Assembly: GCF_006345805.1 (NCBI RefSeq)
Contig: NC_043002.1
Location: forward strand, 17,856,001 to 17,920,000
DNA length: 64,000 nt
Source of the DNA: Octopus sinensis
Lineage: Eukaryota
Direction: 5' to 3'
The translations under genes and the position numbers were made by a program. Below, one piece after another: positions 37,850-50,540 of this stretch (positions within the stretch are counted from its first letter, which is position 1; each line of letters starts with the position of its first letter). A model generated the notes under the pieces. That model was not told the DNA's origin. It saw only the letters and a list, made by a program, of their open reading frames with translations, and searched no databases.

Positions 37850-38060
37850 ATATTTAAATAATTCCGCCATATATCACCATCCATTTCTATACTCATTCAA
37901 TGATTTTTTGATTAGTTCAACATTTGGTTCGAGAACGTATTATCATATTATAAAGCAGAATAAACTGGCATTGCTTGTTATTGCTAGGAACTGTTTTCTA
38001 TTTTGTTTAGTATCTGCAACCCAACGAGAATAACAAATTGTATCCTTGGCTGCCCATCCG
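37850..38060 (-). mobile_element. Possible piggyBac-like transposase remnant
   Basis: Frameshifted YMGG-like and LDEFLTSY sequence followed by a WVIF motif; very decayed. Confidence 0.25.
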
Positions 38061-38552
38061 TAGATACTTTTTTTTTTAACTAATAGCTTTGCCTAAGTTT
38101 TCATTTATAAATATGGAGGTAAGGTAGCATGATAATTTCATCATAATATATTTTCCGCTATTCTTTTAATCACATATAGACACGCATATATTTGTATGTG
38201 TGCCCGAGAATAAGTGTATTTACATGTACATTAGTGTGCATTTATAGATGGAGAGGTAGATAGATAGATAGATAGATAGATAGAGAGATAGATAGATACG
38301 TATACAATCTTATATACGTTTGTATATTTGTGAGAGCGCATATATAAGAGATACATACAATATATATGTTTATATTATATATATATATATTTATATATAT
38401 GTATATATATATATATCTGTGTGTGTGTGTATTTAGAAAGAGAGAGAAATAAAGTGTGTGAGAGAGAGAGAGAGAGAGAGAAAATGAAAACATTAAATAG
38501 ATACATATATATATACATGCATATATATACACATACTATATACATTTGAATG

Positions 38553-38591
<39 letters not shown>

Positions 38592-38611
38592 TATACATAT
38601 CTATCTACCCA

Positions 38612-38643
<32 letters not shown>

Positions 38644-38742
38644 CGTATGTGTATATATATATATATATATATATTCATATGTATGTATATATGTATGTAT
38701 AAAGATACAGAGATCGCTTACGCAAATAAATTTTATATATAC

Positions 38743-38792
<50 letters not shown>

Positions 38793-39295
38793 ATGTGTGT
38801 GTGTGTGCGTGTGTATGTATATATATGCCAACATATACATGCATACTTGTATATATATTAGAGAAAGGGAGGCAGAGATAACAAGAGAAAAACAGGGTGA
38901 GGGGCTGTACAGAATGTTTTTCACATAAATACTCTCAGATTTTGTTAGCATTTTATAACGCCGCATATCGTATGATTTCGAGTTCGTTAAGCGTGAAACA
39001 ATAAAGGAATATAAATTAAATTTACAACTCGAAACGGAGATATAATTTACAGAAATATTTATTATTCAATACTATACTTCATACGTATCTTTATGAGTAT
39101 ACATACGCACGCACTAACACATATGCACACAGAATCATACACACATACAAATCGACAAACATACGCACACACACACACATACATTTTTATATATATATAT
39201 ATATATATGTATGTTTATAGAGAAACATAAATAGATATAGATGTAGATATATATATGTATATATACAGAGATATATATATATATATAGAAACATA

Positions 39296-39363
<68 letters not shown>

Positions 39364-39494
39364 ATCTTATATTATGAGCGGCTATCCAACACCATTTATA
39401 AAATTCTATATCTTGAATGTATCTCACAGAGATATCAAACTCATGAACATATCTGTCGATGCATCTTTTTGTTGTGTTTCACTTTATCATACTA

Positions 39495-39690
39495 GTTCGC
39501 GTCATTTGGGCTGCGACTGGGGCGCCTCTTTTAATTGTTTTAGACGAGAAAAAGACTCCAGGACATTCTTTTTAAACCTAGTACTTATTCTATCGGGTCA
39601 TTTGCCGAAATGCTAGGTGACGTGAACACACCAACGCCGGCTGTAAAGTGCTGGTGCTCGGGGTGGGGACGCCAGAGAAAGACTCACACA
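39495..39690 (-). mobile_element. SINE family 2 tail half, old copy
   Basis: cctagtacttattctatcgg and gacgtgaacacacc match 32200-32300. Confidence 0.65.
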
Positions 39691-39772
39691 CGCTAAACAT
39701 CTTTTAAATTGCATTTTCAAACCTTCTTTCGTATATAATTCCACTCGTGCGATACCCCACAACTCAACTTTG

Positions 39773-39809
<37 letters not shown>

Positions 39810-39815
<6 letters not shown>

Positions 39816-40475
39816 ACTACATGTTAACCCAAGGAAAACATCTTTTCCAGCTGGGCAACGATACACAACCTGTGTCCGATATATTGTAAGGCAGCGAATC
39901 ACTCCCCTTCAATTTGGCAAGGCCAGTAGACCCTGGTGTCTGGGTCTTTACCCTTCATCGGTACTGGACATCTGCCTGCTAGAGACGGCAGTCAATCGTC
40001 CCTACTCATAGTATATAAACAGAGAAGTGACAGACAGCCAATCGTACCGTAAGGAGTAAAGTAGCGAATTCTAAAATCTCTAAACGAGATATAACTATTA
40101 ACAATACTAGACGGTAACGTTTTTTGCCACTATAACATGGCTGTTCTATAAAGAACTATGTTTATGCATTTCAACCCCGGGAAAACATCTCTTCCAGCTG
40201 GTTAACGACACACAACTTGTGAACAATATACTTTGAGAAAAGGATCGAATTCACTGCCATCTATAGCAGTAAGGTGTCTAGTACTGATGAGCGGTAAGAA
40301 CCCAAAAGCCATGGTATGCTGGAGGGGAGTGGTTCGCCCCCTTAATCACAACATATCGGACACTGGTCGTGTGTCGTTGACCAGCCGGAAAAACGTTTTC
40401 CTGGGGTTAAAATGTGGTAACATAGTTCTTTATAGAACAGCCATGTGATAGTGGTACGAAAAAATCGTTGCCGAT
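39810..40475. mobile_element. Inverted and duplicated hammerhead-bearing element (Penelope-type arrangement)
   Basis: 40102-40230 is inverted at 40350-40475; 39810-40010 is homologous to the reverse of 40245-40450; hammerhead motifs at 39923-39967 (-) and 40278-40322 (+). Confidence 0.75.
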
Positions 40476-40803
40476 GTAATCCTTGTTTTCAATTAATTTA
40501 TTTTGAATTGCAATTGCAACTTCAGCTTCGTAAATCACGGAGTTTATCACACACGCCTGGTCATGTGGTCAAACTTCAGTGTCAGAAGGGGTCACCCATA
40601 CAGCCAAGCACTTTATAGGTACAAAACCAATGGTCTCTCTCTCACCAGCCATAACTAACAATCTACTCTCTCTCTCTCTCTCTCTCTCTCATTACAGTGT
40701 AGCGTTCATGTAATTGAAAATCCGTGCGATACACTTTTCAGAGAGTAACTAATCCGCTTAAATCCTTCGTGTATGCCTGTGTATTTGTATGTATGTATAT
40801 ATA

Positions 40804-40873
<70 letters not shown>

Positions 40874-41045
40874 ATATATATATATATATATGGGGGTGTA
40901 TAAACATTCATATATACATATATAAACATATAAACATACAAACACGCAGAAATACATGCATACATACATACATGCATTTATACATACATACATATATACA
41001 TCCATACACACAAATGGACGTACATAATATATAAATGCATACTCT

Positions 41046-41430
41046 ATTCAGATTACAAGTTCAGGTTTATAGCTGTAATTATTGGAGCTCTGGGATATGT
41101 AACACACTGCTTAAATACCAATCTTGAGAAAGTAGGCTTCTCAAAACCAGAAAGGAGAAAGCTAATTCGAATATTAGAGTTCCAATCGATCACTAGAGCA
41201 AGAAAATCTGTTAAACTTTACAGAAGTTTATCATTTAAATATATATGACCATGTCTAGACATGTAACTATATGCATGAGAGATACATACATAAAGCAAAA
41301 CAAAGAAATGAGTACATATACATTCATACATACGAACAAAAGTACTCTGTTGTTGATGCTAAAAAAAGTAATGAAGCAACCTTCGATCTAGGTTTGTAAC
41401 CGGCTCTTTCTCTATTGGCAAGAAATCCTG
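41046..41430 (+). mobile_element. R4/Dong-type LINE 3' end (ATAC-tail subfamily)
   Basis: DYKFRFIAVIIGALGYVTHCLNTNLEKVGFSKPERRKLIR; 3' UTR ends ctattggcaagaaatc as at 42565 and 43945. Confidence 0.8.
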
Positions 41431-41479
41431 CTTACATACATGGTGGTTGTCTACTCCTTATACATAGTTTGACCACCTC

Positions 41480-41965
41480 TTTTACCTACAACTTAGCACT
41501 ATCATAGCGTCTGATGTGGCTTTTTAAACCAGATAATGTTCTGAAAAGACACCCACATAGATTGCACCTCTGATCTGGACCATCAGCACCTGCAGATAAG
41601 TTCTCCTCTTTGTGGATCTTAACATGTCTTTTGAGGCCTCCGTTGGATTTGCAAACCTGGCATACACTGCATTCAAAAGTGTGCACAAACATATAGCCAG
41701 AGTTGTTGGAGGAGGTTCGTTTCGAATACGTTCGCAGATGAGATTCGAGGTCAGCCAAAGACAGGCATGGTCTATCAAAGACTGTGCACAAAAACGGTCA
41801 CTGTTGTTCACCATCTCTATCCTTACATTCTTCCTTAGATCTCTTTTGAGTCTTTGTTACATTATCGTGGCCTCTTCAATTGCTTTTACTCCACTCCACA
41901 CCTTTGTTCGCCATCTAACTCAATCCGAAGCAAGGATTTCTATATATTCAGGAACCATTCCAAGC
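41480..41965 (-). mobile_element. RTE-clade LINE 3' end carrying three C2H2 zinc fingers
   Basis: LASD*VRWRTKVWSGVKAIEE (RTE C-terminus) continues into CTV(F)DRPCLSLADLESHLRT, CSVCQVCKSNGGLKRHVKIH and CNLCGCLFRTLSGLKSHIRR. Confidence 0.75.
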
Positions 41966-42062
41966 GTCTTCATACAAACGTACATACATACGTACATTCA
42001 TACATTAAAACATACCTTCATGTATGCATGTATGAATGTATGTATATATATATATATATATA

Positions 42063-42272
42063 TCGCCATGTTGATTCGCTAGCTTCTGCACGCATTTTTT
42101 TCTCTCCTTGTTTCTTTCCGTGTTTCTTTTCTGTGTATCTTTCTGTTGAAGAGCGTAGGCTCGAAACATAAAAGACTTGTTTTATTTATATTCCTGAACG
42201 CCATACTAATACAATTGTTTGTTTGTATTCCACCTGCCTTCGTCTTTTGTTTATTTTCATAAAGCTTCCCGT
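42063..42272 (+). mobile_element. Solo pseudo-LTR family B with hammerhead-like motif at 42136-42176
   Basis: CTTT-CTGTTGA-A-GAGC-GTAG-GCTC-GAAAC-ATA-AAAG; homologous to family A; (TA)n on both sides. Confidence 0.8.
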
Positions 42273-42293
42273 TATATATATATATATATCATC

Positions 42294-42418
42294 ATCATCA
42301 TCATTGTTCGACTGTGGTCGAGACAATGGAATTTACCATGCTACACCAGACTTCACGGTCCATCATGGCATTATGGAGGTCCTGTTGCTGGATGCCTGTA
42401 TCCCTGGAGATTACATCA
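42294..42418 (-). mobile_element. RTE-clade LINE extreme 3' end with (TGA)n tail
   Basis: Minus strand DVISRDTGIQQQDLHNAMMDREVWCSMVNSIV*, followed by tgatgatgatga. Confidence 0.75.
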
Positions 42419-42427
42419 TATATATAA

Positions 42428-42540
42428 TACATACATACATGCATACATACATACATGCATACATACATACATACATACATACATACATACATACATACAT
42501 ACATACATACATACATACATACATACATACATACATACTA
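42428..42540. repeat. (ATAC)n microsatellite
   Basis: About 27 units. Confidence 0.95.
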
Positions 42541-42544
42541 CATG

Positions 42545-43860
42545 TCTTTGTTCAGTTCTATTTCAAGATTTCTTGCCAATAGATCAATAGTAGTTTTCTA
42601 ACATAGACCCGAATCTCCTTCACTGAAATTTCAATATCAACAGAGTATTTTTGCATGAGTGTATGGTTGCATACATCCAGATTTGTATGTTTGCTTTTGT
42701 TTGTATTTTCATGCATATAGTTACATATCTAGACATGTTCATATATACTTAAATAATAAACTTCTGGAAAGTTTTACAGATTCTTGCAGTTCCAGTGATG
42801 GATTGAAATTGTAGTTTTGAATCAGCTTTCTCCCTTCTGGTTTTCAGAAGCCTAATTTCTCAAGATTTATATTTAGGCAGTGTGATACACATCCCAATGC
42901 CCCAATCATTACGTGTAAACCTGGACTTGTAATCTAGATAGAGTAATTGCAGATTTCGCAGTAGCTCAACATAAATATTCTCTTTTTTGCTGATAGATAG
43001 CTTGATGTTATCATCCACTGGCAGCTGATTTCCACAATTTTAGTTTCTCTTCTTTGTCTTAAATCATTATATAAGGTCTATTGCGTTTATATTATATTGA
43101 GGTCTTCACGAGGACATTCCACCAGTACTCCTTTTTATTAAGAGTGGCTAATGGCGATAGAGTACTTATTTCCTTGTCCTCTGGGATATCCTTCGGATGG
43201 ATCTCGCTATAGTGTCCTTGCCACAACATTGTGTGTGTCATCGGTAGATAATAACGTGATGACATTGTCGCAAACCTGCTTATGATGTGGATGATATATT
43301 CGGTGTTAACTCCACAAACTCTGTATCGTTTGTCACATTTAGCTGCTTTTCCTGTATGTCCATCAGATATTTGGACACACTTTTTACAGTGGGAAGTAGT
43401 AATCCGGTTGTTGGTTCATGCTAGACTCGTTTGATGATCAATATTACCATCATCCCGAAGCCTTCTACTAATATATCCATGTATAGTCTTCTGCTGATAT
43501 ACACTCATCCTTTCATCTGATCCTACATTGTGGTAGAGTTGTGTGACTCGTTTGGACATGCATTTAAGGTTCTGAGACAAGGAATGCTGCTAAAGGTGCG
43601 ACTTTCTAATTCTCATGACGTTATAAGACTCATGTATGCAAACTTGGTGAAGGAATGCACTTCGACAGTTGGTAGCTAAAAGAAATTGCCGAAGAGATAT
43701 GATACGACATTCAAAGACAGTCTGGATTGACGTTAAGCTGCTGTTGCCTTCTTTTCGTTTTAGGTAGGCTCGGTCTACGTCACTGTTGATGTGGAAAGTA
43801 TGCTATATTTACTCATCCCCGAATTGGTAAAGAGCTTTTAATATTGTGTCTGGTGGGTTA
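42545..43860 (-). mobile_element. R4/Dong-type LINE, 1.3 kb decayed 3' fragment
   Basis: Minus strand HINSDVDRAYLKRKEG, RVCGVNTEYIIHIIS (zinc-knuckle remnant) and KKEYWW; 3' UTR matches 41046-41430. Confidence 0.8.
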
Positions 43861-43924
43861 TTTTTTTATTTGGTAATAAATATTCTCTATTTGAGAGAGT
43901 ACTTCAAAACTGAAGTTATGTGAG

Positions 43925-44660
43925 TGATTATTCAGTTTTATTTCAAGATTTCTTGCCAACCAATATTCTGGTTTCTAACCCAGATACAAGGCTCCTTCAT
44001 TGGAATTTCAACACCAACAACATGGTATTTTTGTTTGTTTGCTTGTATGTATGTATGTATGCATGTATGTATGTATGTATGTATGTATGTATGTATGTAT
44101 GTATGTATGTATGTATGTATGTATGTATGTATGTATGTATGTATTCTCATGCATATAGTTGCATATCTAGACATGCTTATATATATTTAAAACTTCTGGA
44201 AAGTTTTACAGATTTTTACAATTCCAGTAATGGCTTGGATCTGTAGTCTTCGAATTAGCTTTCTCCTTTCTGCTTTTGAAAAGCCCAATTTCTCAAGATT
44301 GGTATTTTTGTAGTGTATTACAGTATTACATATCCCACCCCCACCCCCAATAATTACAGGTATAAACCTGAACTTGTAATCTGAATAGAGTAGCAGCAAA
44401 TTTCTGAACAGTTTAGAGTAACTGTTCTCTTGTTCGGTGATCTTCAGCTTTATGTTAACATCAACAGCTAATTTCCACAACTGCCTACAGTTTCTCTTCC
44501 CTATCCCAAATCTTTATATCAGGTCTACTGTGCTTCGATTTTATTGAGGACATTCCACTAGTACTCCTTTTTATTATGGGTGGCTATGGCTTCTACCATA
44601 TTGTGCGTTGTTATTTCTCTGTACTCGGGGGTATCCTTCCGACGGATTTCATTTTAGAAT
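43925..44660 (-). mobile_element. R4/Dong-type LINE 3' fragment, same subfamily
   Basis: ORF 44187-44480 LFRNLLLLYSDYKFRFIPVIIG...ERRKLIRRLQIQAITG; (ATAC)n inside the 3' UTR. Confidence 0.85.
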
Positions 44661-44794
44661 GTCTATGTATGTATGTATGTATGTATGTATGTATGTATGT
44701 ATGTATGTATGTATGTATGTATGTATGTATGTATGTATGCATGAATGAATGGAAGGATGGATGGATAAATTGATGGATAGGTGGAGGTATGTGA

Positions 44795-45010
44795 ATACAA
44801 AGTGCATTCCACAAGTTTTGAGCGTTTTCAAGCGAGACGTTTATCGAATTCAGTGAAGTAAAAAAATAGAAACAACTCCAAGCTCCTTCAAAATAGGATC
44901 CTCTAACATCAACCCACTTATTATGGACGTATTCTGCAGTGAAAGTACCCAAGACATCTGTCACGGCTTCTATCACCTTTAATTTAGAGAACAACCAAAA
45001 GTTATATGGA
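44795..45010 (-). mobile_element. mariner transposase 3' end with terminal repeat
   Basis: Minus strand FWLFSKLK, EAVTDVLGTFT and GSYFEG, followed by TIR-like aaaacttgtggaatgcactttgta. Confidence 0.65.
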
Positions 45011-45703
45011 ACAAGATGTAGTCTGTAGGAAGGGTGGCAGACTATTTTGATGCCATCTCTAATACATAGTTGGTACCTGGGATTGAATTGTGGCCTAGTG
45101 CAGGGCTTTTGACCTATCTAACGAAATCTCTCTTTCAACTCCCTAAAAACAACCACAAAGTACTCTTTCTCGACCGCCTGGGCAGGAGAGAGACGCAGTA
45201 GATGTAGATGATGCTATTGCTGTCGAGAAAGAGGATCATCTCGAGCTGCCGGATAGACTTTATTTACCTGCGAAAAACAGAGTCTGAGTTCATACAGATT
45301 AATCCATCACTCATATGCTTCAGTAAAGTCTTTGCCCAGTTCGACACAAAAGTTTATTGGATTGCCAGCTTCCAAACGGTTTTCGCGTCGCGACTGCCCT
45401 TTGCAAACTAGTCAGCTGTGGCAAGCAGGTTGTACAAAGTGGTGCTATAGCCGTCACCTTCAACCTGGAGTTATAAATGATTGAGTGTCAGCTTATTAGC
45501 TGCATAGTAGATATATACTAATATTACAAAAATCTACGTCTTTTATAACTGCCTCTCCTAAAAACATTTAACCTTCTAAAGTGAACCACATTTATGTGTG
45601 TGTATACCTATATATATATATATATATTATATATATATATATATATACGCACACATATAATCTGTACATTTAAATATATGGAAATATATATACATATGTA
45701 GAG

Positions 45704-45745
<42 letters not shown>

Positions 45746-45758
45746 TATATACACGCAT

Positions 45759-45803
<45 letters not shown>

Positions 45804-45804
<1 letters not shown>

Positions 45805-46026
45805 AGGGAGAGTTTACGAAAAAAACAAAAGACGAAGACATGTGGTGTACAAAACAAACAGATGTATTAGTATAACGCTCAGGAATAGAAAAAGTCTTTT
45901 ACTTTTACGGTTCGAGCCTACGCTCTTCTACAGAAAGGGGCACAAAAAAAACAAGGAGAGAAAAAAAAAAGAGAGAAAAAAGGTGAGAAAAATGTGTGTA
46001 GTGGCTACAGATCTATCATAGCGACT
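45804..46026 (-). mobile_element. Solo pseudo-LTR family A with hammerhead-like motif at 45894-45941
   Basis: Minus strand CTTT-CTGTAGA-A-GAGC-GTAG-GCTC-GAACC-GTA-AAAG; (TA)n on both sides. Confidence 0.8.
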
Positions 46027-46148
46027 ATCATGACGATCTATATATATATAAATATATAATAGTAGCGAATATAACTCCAAATCTTACAGGAAAAGATTCA
46101 ATTTAATAGTTTTAAATCAAATTTCACAATATATAATATATGTATAAC

Positions 46149-46357
46149 ATTTAGAGAAAACCACTATTAAACAATTCAATAAAGAAAGATGTTATTCACA
46201 CCATAGAGAGAACATATACTAAAGTTTACTAATGCTTTAATACTTTTTACTATGTATTGTACTTTATTGATTTAAAATAAGGTTTTTATAGTATATGTTT
46301 TTATATGGTGTGAATAACATCTTTATTGAATTGTTTAATGGGGTTTTTTCTCTAAAT
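46149..46357. repeat. Foldback element with arms of about 70 bp
   Basis: 46149-46221 is inverted at 46289-46357 with one 4-nt indel and a few substitutions; 67-nt AT-rich spacer. Confidence 0.85.
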
Positions 46358-46389
46358 TATATACACATGTAAATATTTATAAATATATA

Positions 46390-46442
<53 letters not shown>

Positions 46443-46520
46443 CATATATATATATGTATATTTAAATATATCCTTATATAACATATAGGCATGCATATAT
46501 ATACATATGTATATATATAT

Positions 46521-46589
<69 letters not shown>

Positions 46590-47399
46590 TATATATCTGT
46601 ACATATATATATGTACATATATACATATATATATATATATATGTATCTATATATATACTTATATATATATATATGTATATATATATATGCACATATATAT
46701 ATATCTGCATATTTATATGTAAAAATACATATATACACATATGTATATTTATATAAATATATATATATACATATATATATTTAAATATATCCTTATATAA
46801 TTTATATGCATGTACATATATATACACACACACACACACATGTATATATATTTATATATATACACACACATACGTGTGTATCTGTATATATGTTTATAGA
46901 CCACTACAAACCCGTATTTTTGTGCGTTTGTATATATATACTTATCAAATTTAGTTGTAATTCGAATTTAATTATCACCATGAAACGTAGGTAGATTTTT
47001 TACTTATTACATATTGATTATTCATTTTTATACTTTTTGTGATCTACTTATATGTTTTATAAAAATGTATTGTATTTTTTATTTATGATTTTTTTTCTAT
47101 CATTGTTTGAATTCCATAATAGTGTTTTTCTCTAATTTAAGTGTTTTTCTCTAATTTATATATACATACATACATACATACATACATACATACATACATA
47201 CATACATACATACATACGTACGTACGTATATACCTATATACATACAAGCGCTAAAACGCACGATGACCGAGTAGTGCCTTGTGTCTTCAATTATACGCTT
47301 TGGTTCACGTTGTTTCAATATAATCAGCCGAAAAAGAATATCAGCGGAGTGTGTCTCAAAATTTCGTTCCCTCTACTTGTTACATTATCTATGTTCTGT

Positions 47400-49085
47400 G
47401 GTGTAAATTGTGAGGGGCGATAGCTTGGTAACATACCTACCTAAACATGACTCCGAGGAACTGGTGTTTTCTGGCACAAGATCTTTGCATGGTTTTAGCT
47501 AATTTTGGGGTGTTAAATCTGAATCGGGCATCAAACTTTGTCCATCATATCACCTTGTTGAGATATAACATTTTTTACTGTTGCTAGAAACCACTATTTA
47601 ATGTTCATAAAGGAACAATTAATCATAAGTAAACGCAATCTTCAATAGACAATGTTTTCTTTTTTTAATTAAATAAATTAAAATACAAAGTTGTTGGAAT
47701 CAATGCACATTAGCATGTACAATTTAAGGTAGGTGATAGCAAAATTTACTGTTCCTCATAAATTCCGCATTATATCAGAGAAGGTATTCCAAGATTTAGC
47801 CTACGTTGCACTCATCGTGTTAACAAAATATGGATCCTTGTGGAATGTTCTAATTTTAGGTCCAGATATTCTTGTCTCCTTCTTCCCGTCGCTGAGACTT
47901 GGAAAGGTTGCACATATATATCTGAAGTAGGCTCCACTGTGGAGACTACTCAATAAGGAGTTGCTTCATCACACTAACTTTTATGTGCAGTGGGGTTTAG
48001 ACGATATTTTTCGTATCATCCAGAGGGTTATTAATGATGTTTTTGTCACCCGGCATCAAACTGTCTCTTGGAGGTCAGTATTTTTTCACTCAGCGTTCCT
48101 TTGTGTCCCTATTCTCCCAGTAGCATCGGAAAGAAAGGTACTTAGCATAACTTCCTTGCTAGCCATTTTCAAATCGGTGCAAATTACCCATCCATGAACA
48201 TGATATTGCAACCTCTCCAGAACAATCTTTATATGGGCATACTCCTTTTCCATTTTTACAGAGTTCCCTATTGGGACTGAGCCTTACAATTTCCCGTTGT
48301 GCAGTAAAAAAAAAACATCTCAAGCTACTTTAAAATTGTCAATAAAAAGTCTCCACTCACATGAATCATAAGCCGGCAGTTGCGTACTGAGAAGAAGCTC
48401 TTCAGCACCATTACAATAAACAAGCTGACCATCTGAATGGAAGTCCTTCCACAGATTTATTTTTCTTTTACGACAAAAGGAGACATATATGCCAGGTGTC
48501 AGCCTAGAAGCCAATAATCCAGCAGACTGCTCAGACAGATACAATTCCCTGACCAGATCAGAGAAATTCAGGTTGACTACACGGAGAAAAATGATCACAG
48601 TCTGTATTAGATGTCATAAACCGTTCATCTTCATCAGTAGAAGGTGAATTGAGGGCGTCGTTATCAAAATGTGGCACCGCAATAAATACAGGCACAAGTA
48701 TTTTCCCGGAGTATGCAACATTTCAGCGGGTAGATGGGATATCTGGGTATTGCATGTGTTGTTTGGTTTTCTTATTGAACCGTTTTACATTATCAAGACA
48801 GAAGTAGCAGTTATACACATAGTCTGTTGGTTTTCTCAAAACCATTGGCAAACCAAACTTAAGCTTCTGATTCTTTCCTTGTGACCATGATCGCAAAGAT
48901 CATGGTCACAATATAGATTTTGCAAACTTTACGGGGAGCCCAGGTTTTGTCCTTGTCTCCAAGTTCTATTTTAATGTAAGCAAGAAACACTTGACAAAGT
49001 TATAAATGTTGCACCTTTGAGCCTCTGGAGTGAGGTTTCCAAAGATATAACAGAAGATATCAATATCATTATAACACTATCTTCT
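47400..49085 (-). mobile_element. Chapaev3-type (CMC) DNA transposon, decayed but spanning most of the transposase
   Basis: Minus strand DIFCYIFG, LGDKDKTWAPRKVCK, PMVLRKP, NCYFCLDNVKRFN, EWRLFID, PLHIKL and FPSLS...GPKIR, motifs recalled from Chapaev3 transposases. Confidence 0.75.
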
Positions 49086-49221
49086 GTTTGATGTTTAATC
49101 ATTAACTAGATCACAGGGGTTCAGTTTACACCGAAACAGATGAGAAATGGATTTAAAGCAACCCTCCGTTTTAACGTAGTCAAAATTAGCATGGCAATCC
49201 AGCTAAAGTTCTCGCAAATAG

Positions 49222-49545
49222 TGGTGTAAAAGCTTTGTATGTTTGTTCCCTCCCGAGCCACGAATGGCTCATAAAAACCGGTTTCCCGGTTTCCTTGGCG
49301 TATATGATACCCACCTGGGTGGGGCGCCGGTCCGTCGCAGGTGAGCTGCAAGATGCAGGAGGAACGAGTGAGAGAAAGTTGTGGCGAAAGTGTCAGCAAA
49401 AGTTCACCATTACTTTCTGCCGGAGCCGCGTGGAGCTTAGGTGATTCGCTCATAAACACATACATCGCCTGGTCTGAGATTCGAACCTGCGATCCCTTGA
49501 CCATGAGTCCGCTGCGCTACCCTCTAGGTCATGTGCCTCCACAAA
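49222..49545 (-). mobile_element. tRNA-derived SINE, near full length, with V/Meta-like central domain
   Basis: Minus strand head gcacatgacctagagggtagcgcag and ggttcgaatctc; body gacggaccggcgccccacccaggtgg and ggaaaccgggaaaccgg. Confidence 0.8.
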
Positions 49546-50387
49546 GGCTTCGTATAATCCAGCTAAATAAAGGCATATACTGGTGGATATACCGATAGTA
49601 CATAAATGCTATGTGATAGAACAAATCTGAGTTCGGTTTTGAAATCAGTACCCAAATATTAGTCTAAAACAGCTCTAAGAATAAAATATTCGTTTTATTG
49701 TCCAGTGCAACTGGTTCAAATTTGATTATATACTACGATGGTAAGCTTATTTATGAGAGACGATATTTTTTTTTATTTCATTCAAAGTTTACTTTCATTG
49801 ATATCAACGAATGTAAAATTATTTAAAACTGATGATTTAAAATAAAATTTACACTATTTTGAATAGAACGTCTAATGAAGAGACTTGTTTTATTTTTCTT
49901 TAAATTCCTGGTCTATATTTTTCAAAGTAGTAAAGTTCTAAAAGAATTCTGAGATGAAAAGTCAGCTTTTCTTTTAAACGATAGCAAATAAAAAAATGTA
50001 TATTGATAAATATTTTAAGTTTAATTAATCATTCAATTGGTTTACGAAGTGAATATATATGTCAGTATTAGTGGTAATACTCAACATATTTCATGAAACT
50101 CGCCAAGAAGAGGAAATAAACGAAGGAATTGATAAGAATAACAGAATACATGATTATTAATCTCAGGAAAAATATTATTCTTTACGATTATTTCAAGAAA
50201 TACACTGAAAGTAAAAGTATTTAGACATAAAATATATACATTTAACATACGAGGGAAAATTTGTATAACACTTTTGTTTTTATCGTGATCAGGCATCTTT
50301 CGAATCGATTATATTATACGTTACATGCACACACGCACACACACACGAACACATACACAAGCATATATATGTATATACATATATATA

Positions 50388-50507
<120 letters not shown>

Positions 50508-50509
50508 CA

Positions 50510-50540
<31 letters not shown>

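Noticed and set aside
41486-41791. Host C2H2 zinc-finger gene exon
   Set aside because: It is continuous with RTE C-terminal sequence, has lost zinc ligands, and shows no clear splice context.
48625-48640. CTGATGA on the minus strand
   Set aside because: It is coding sequence (STDEDE) of the Chapaev-type transposase, with no partner GAAA.
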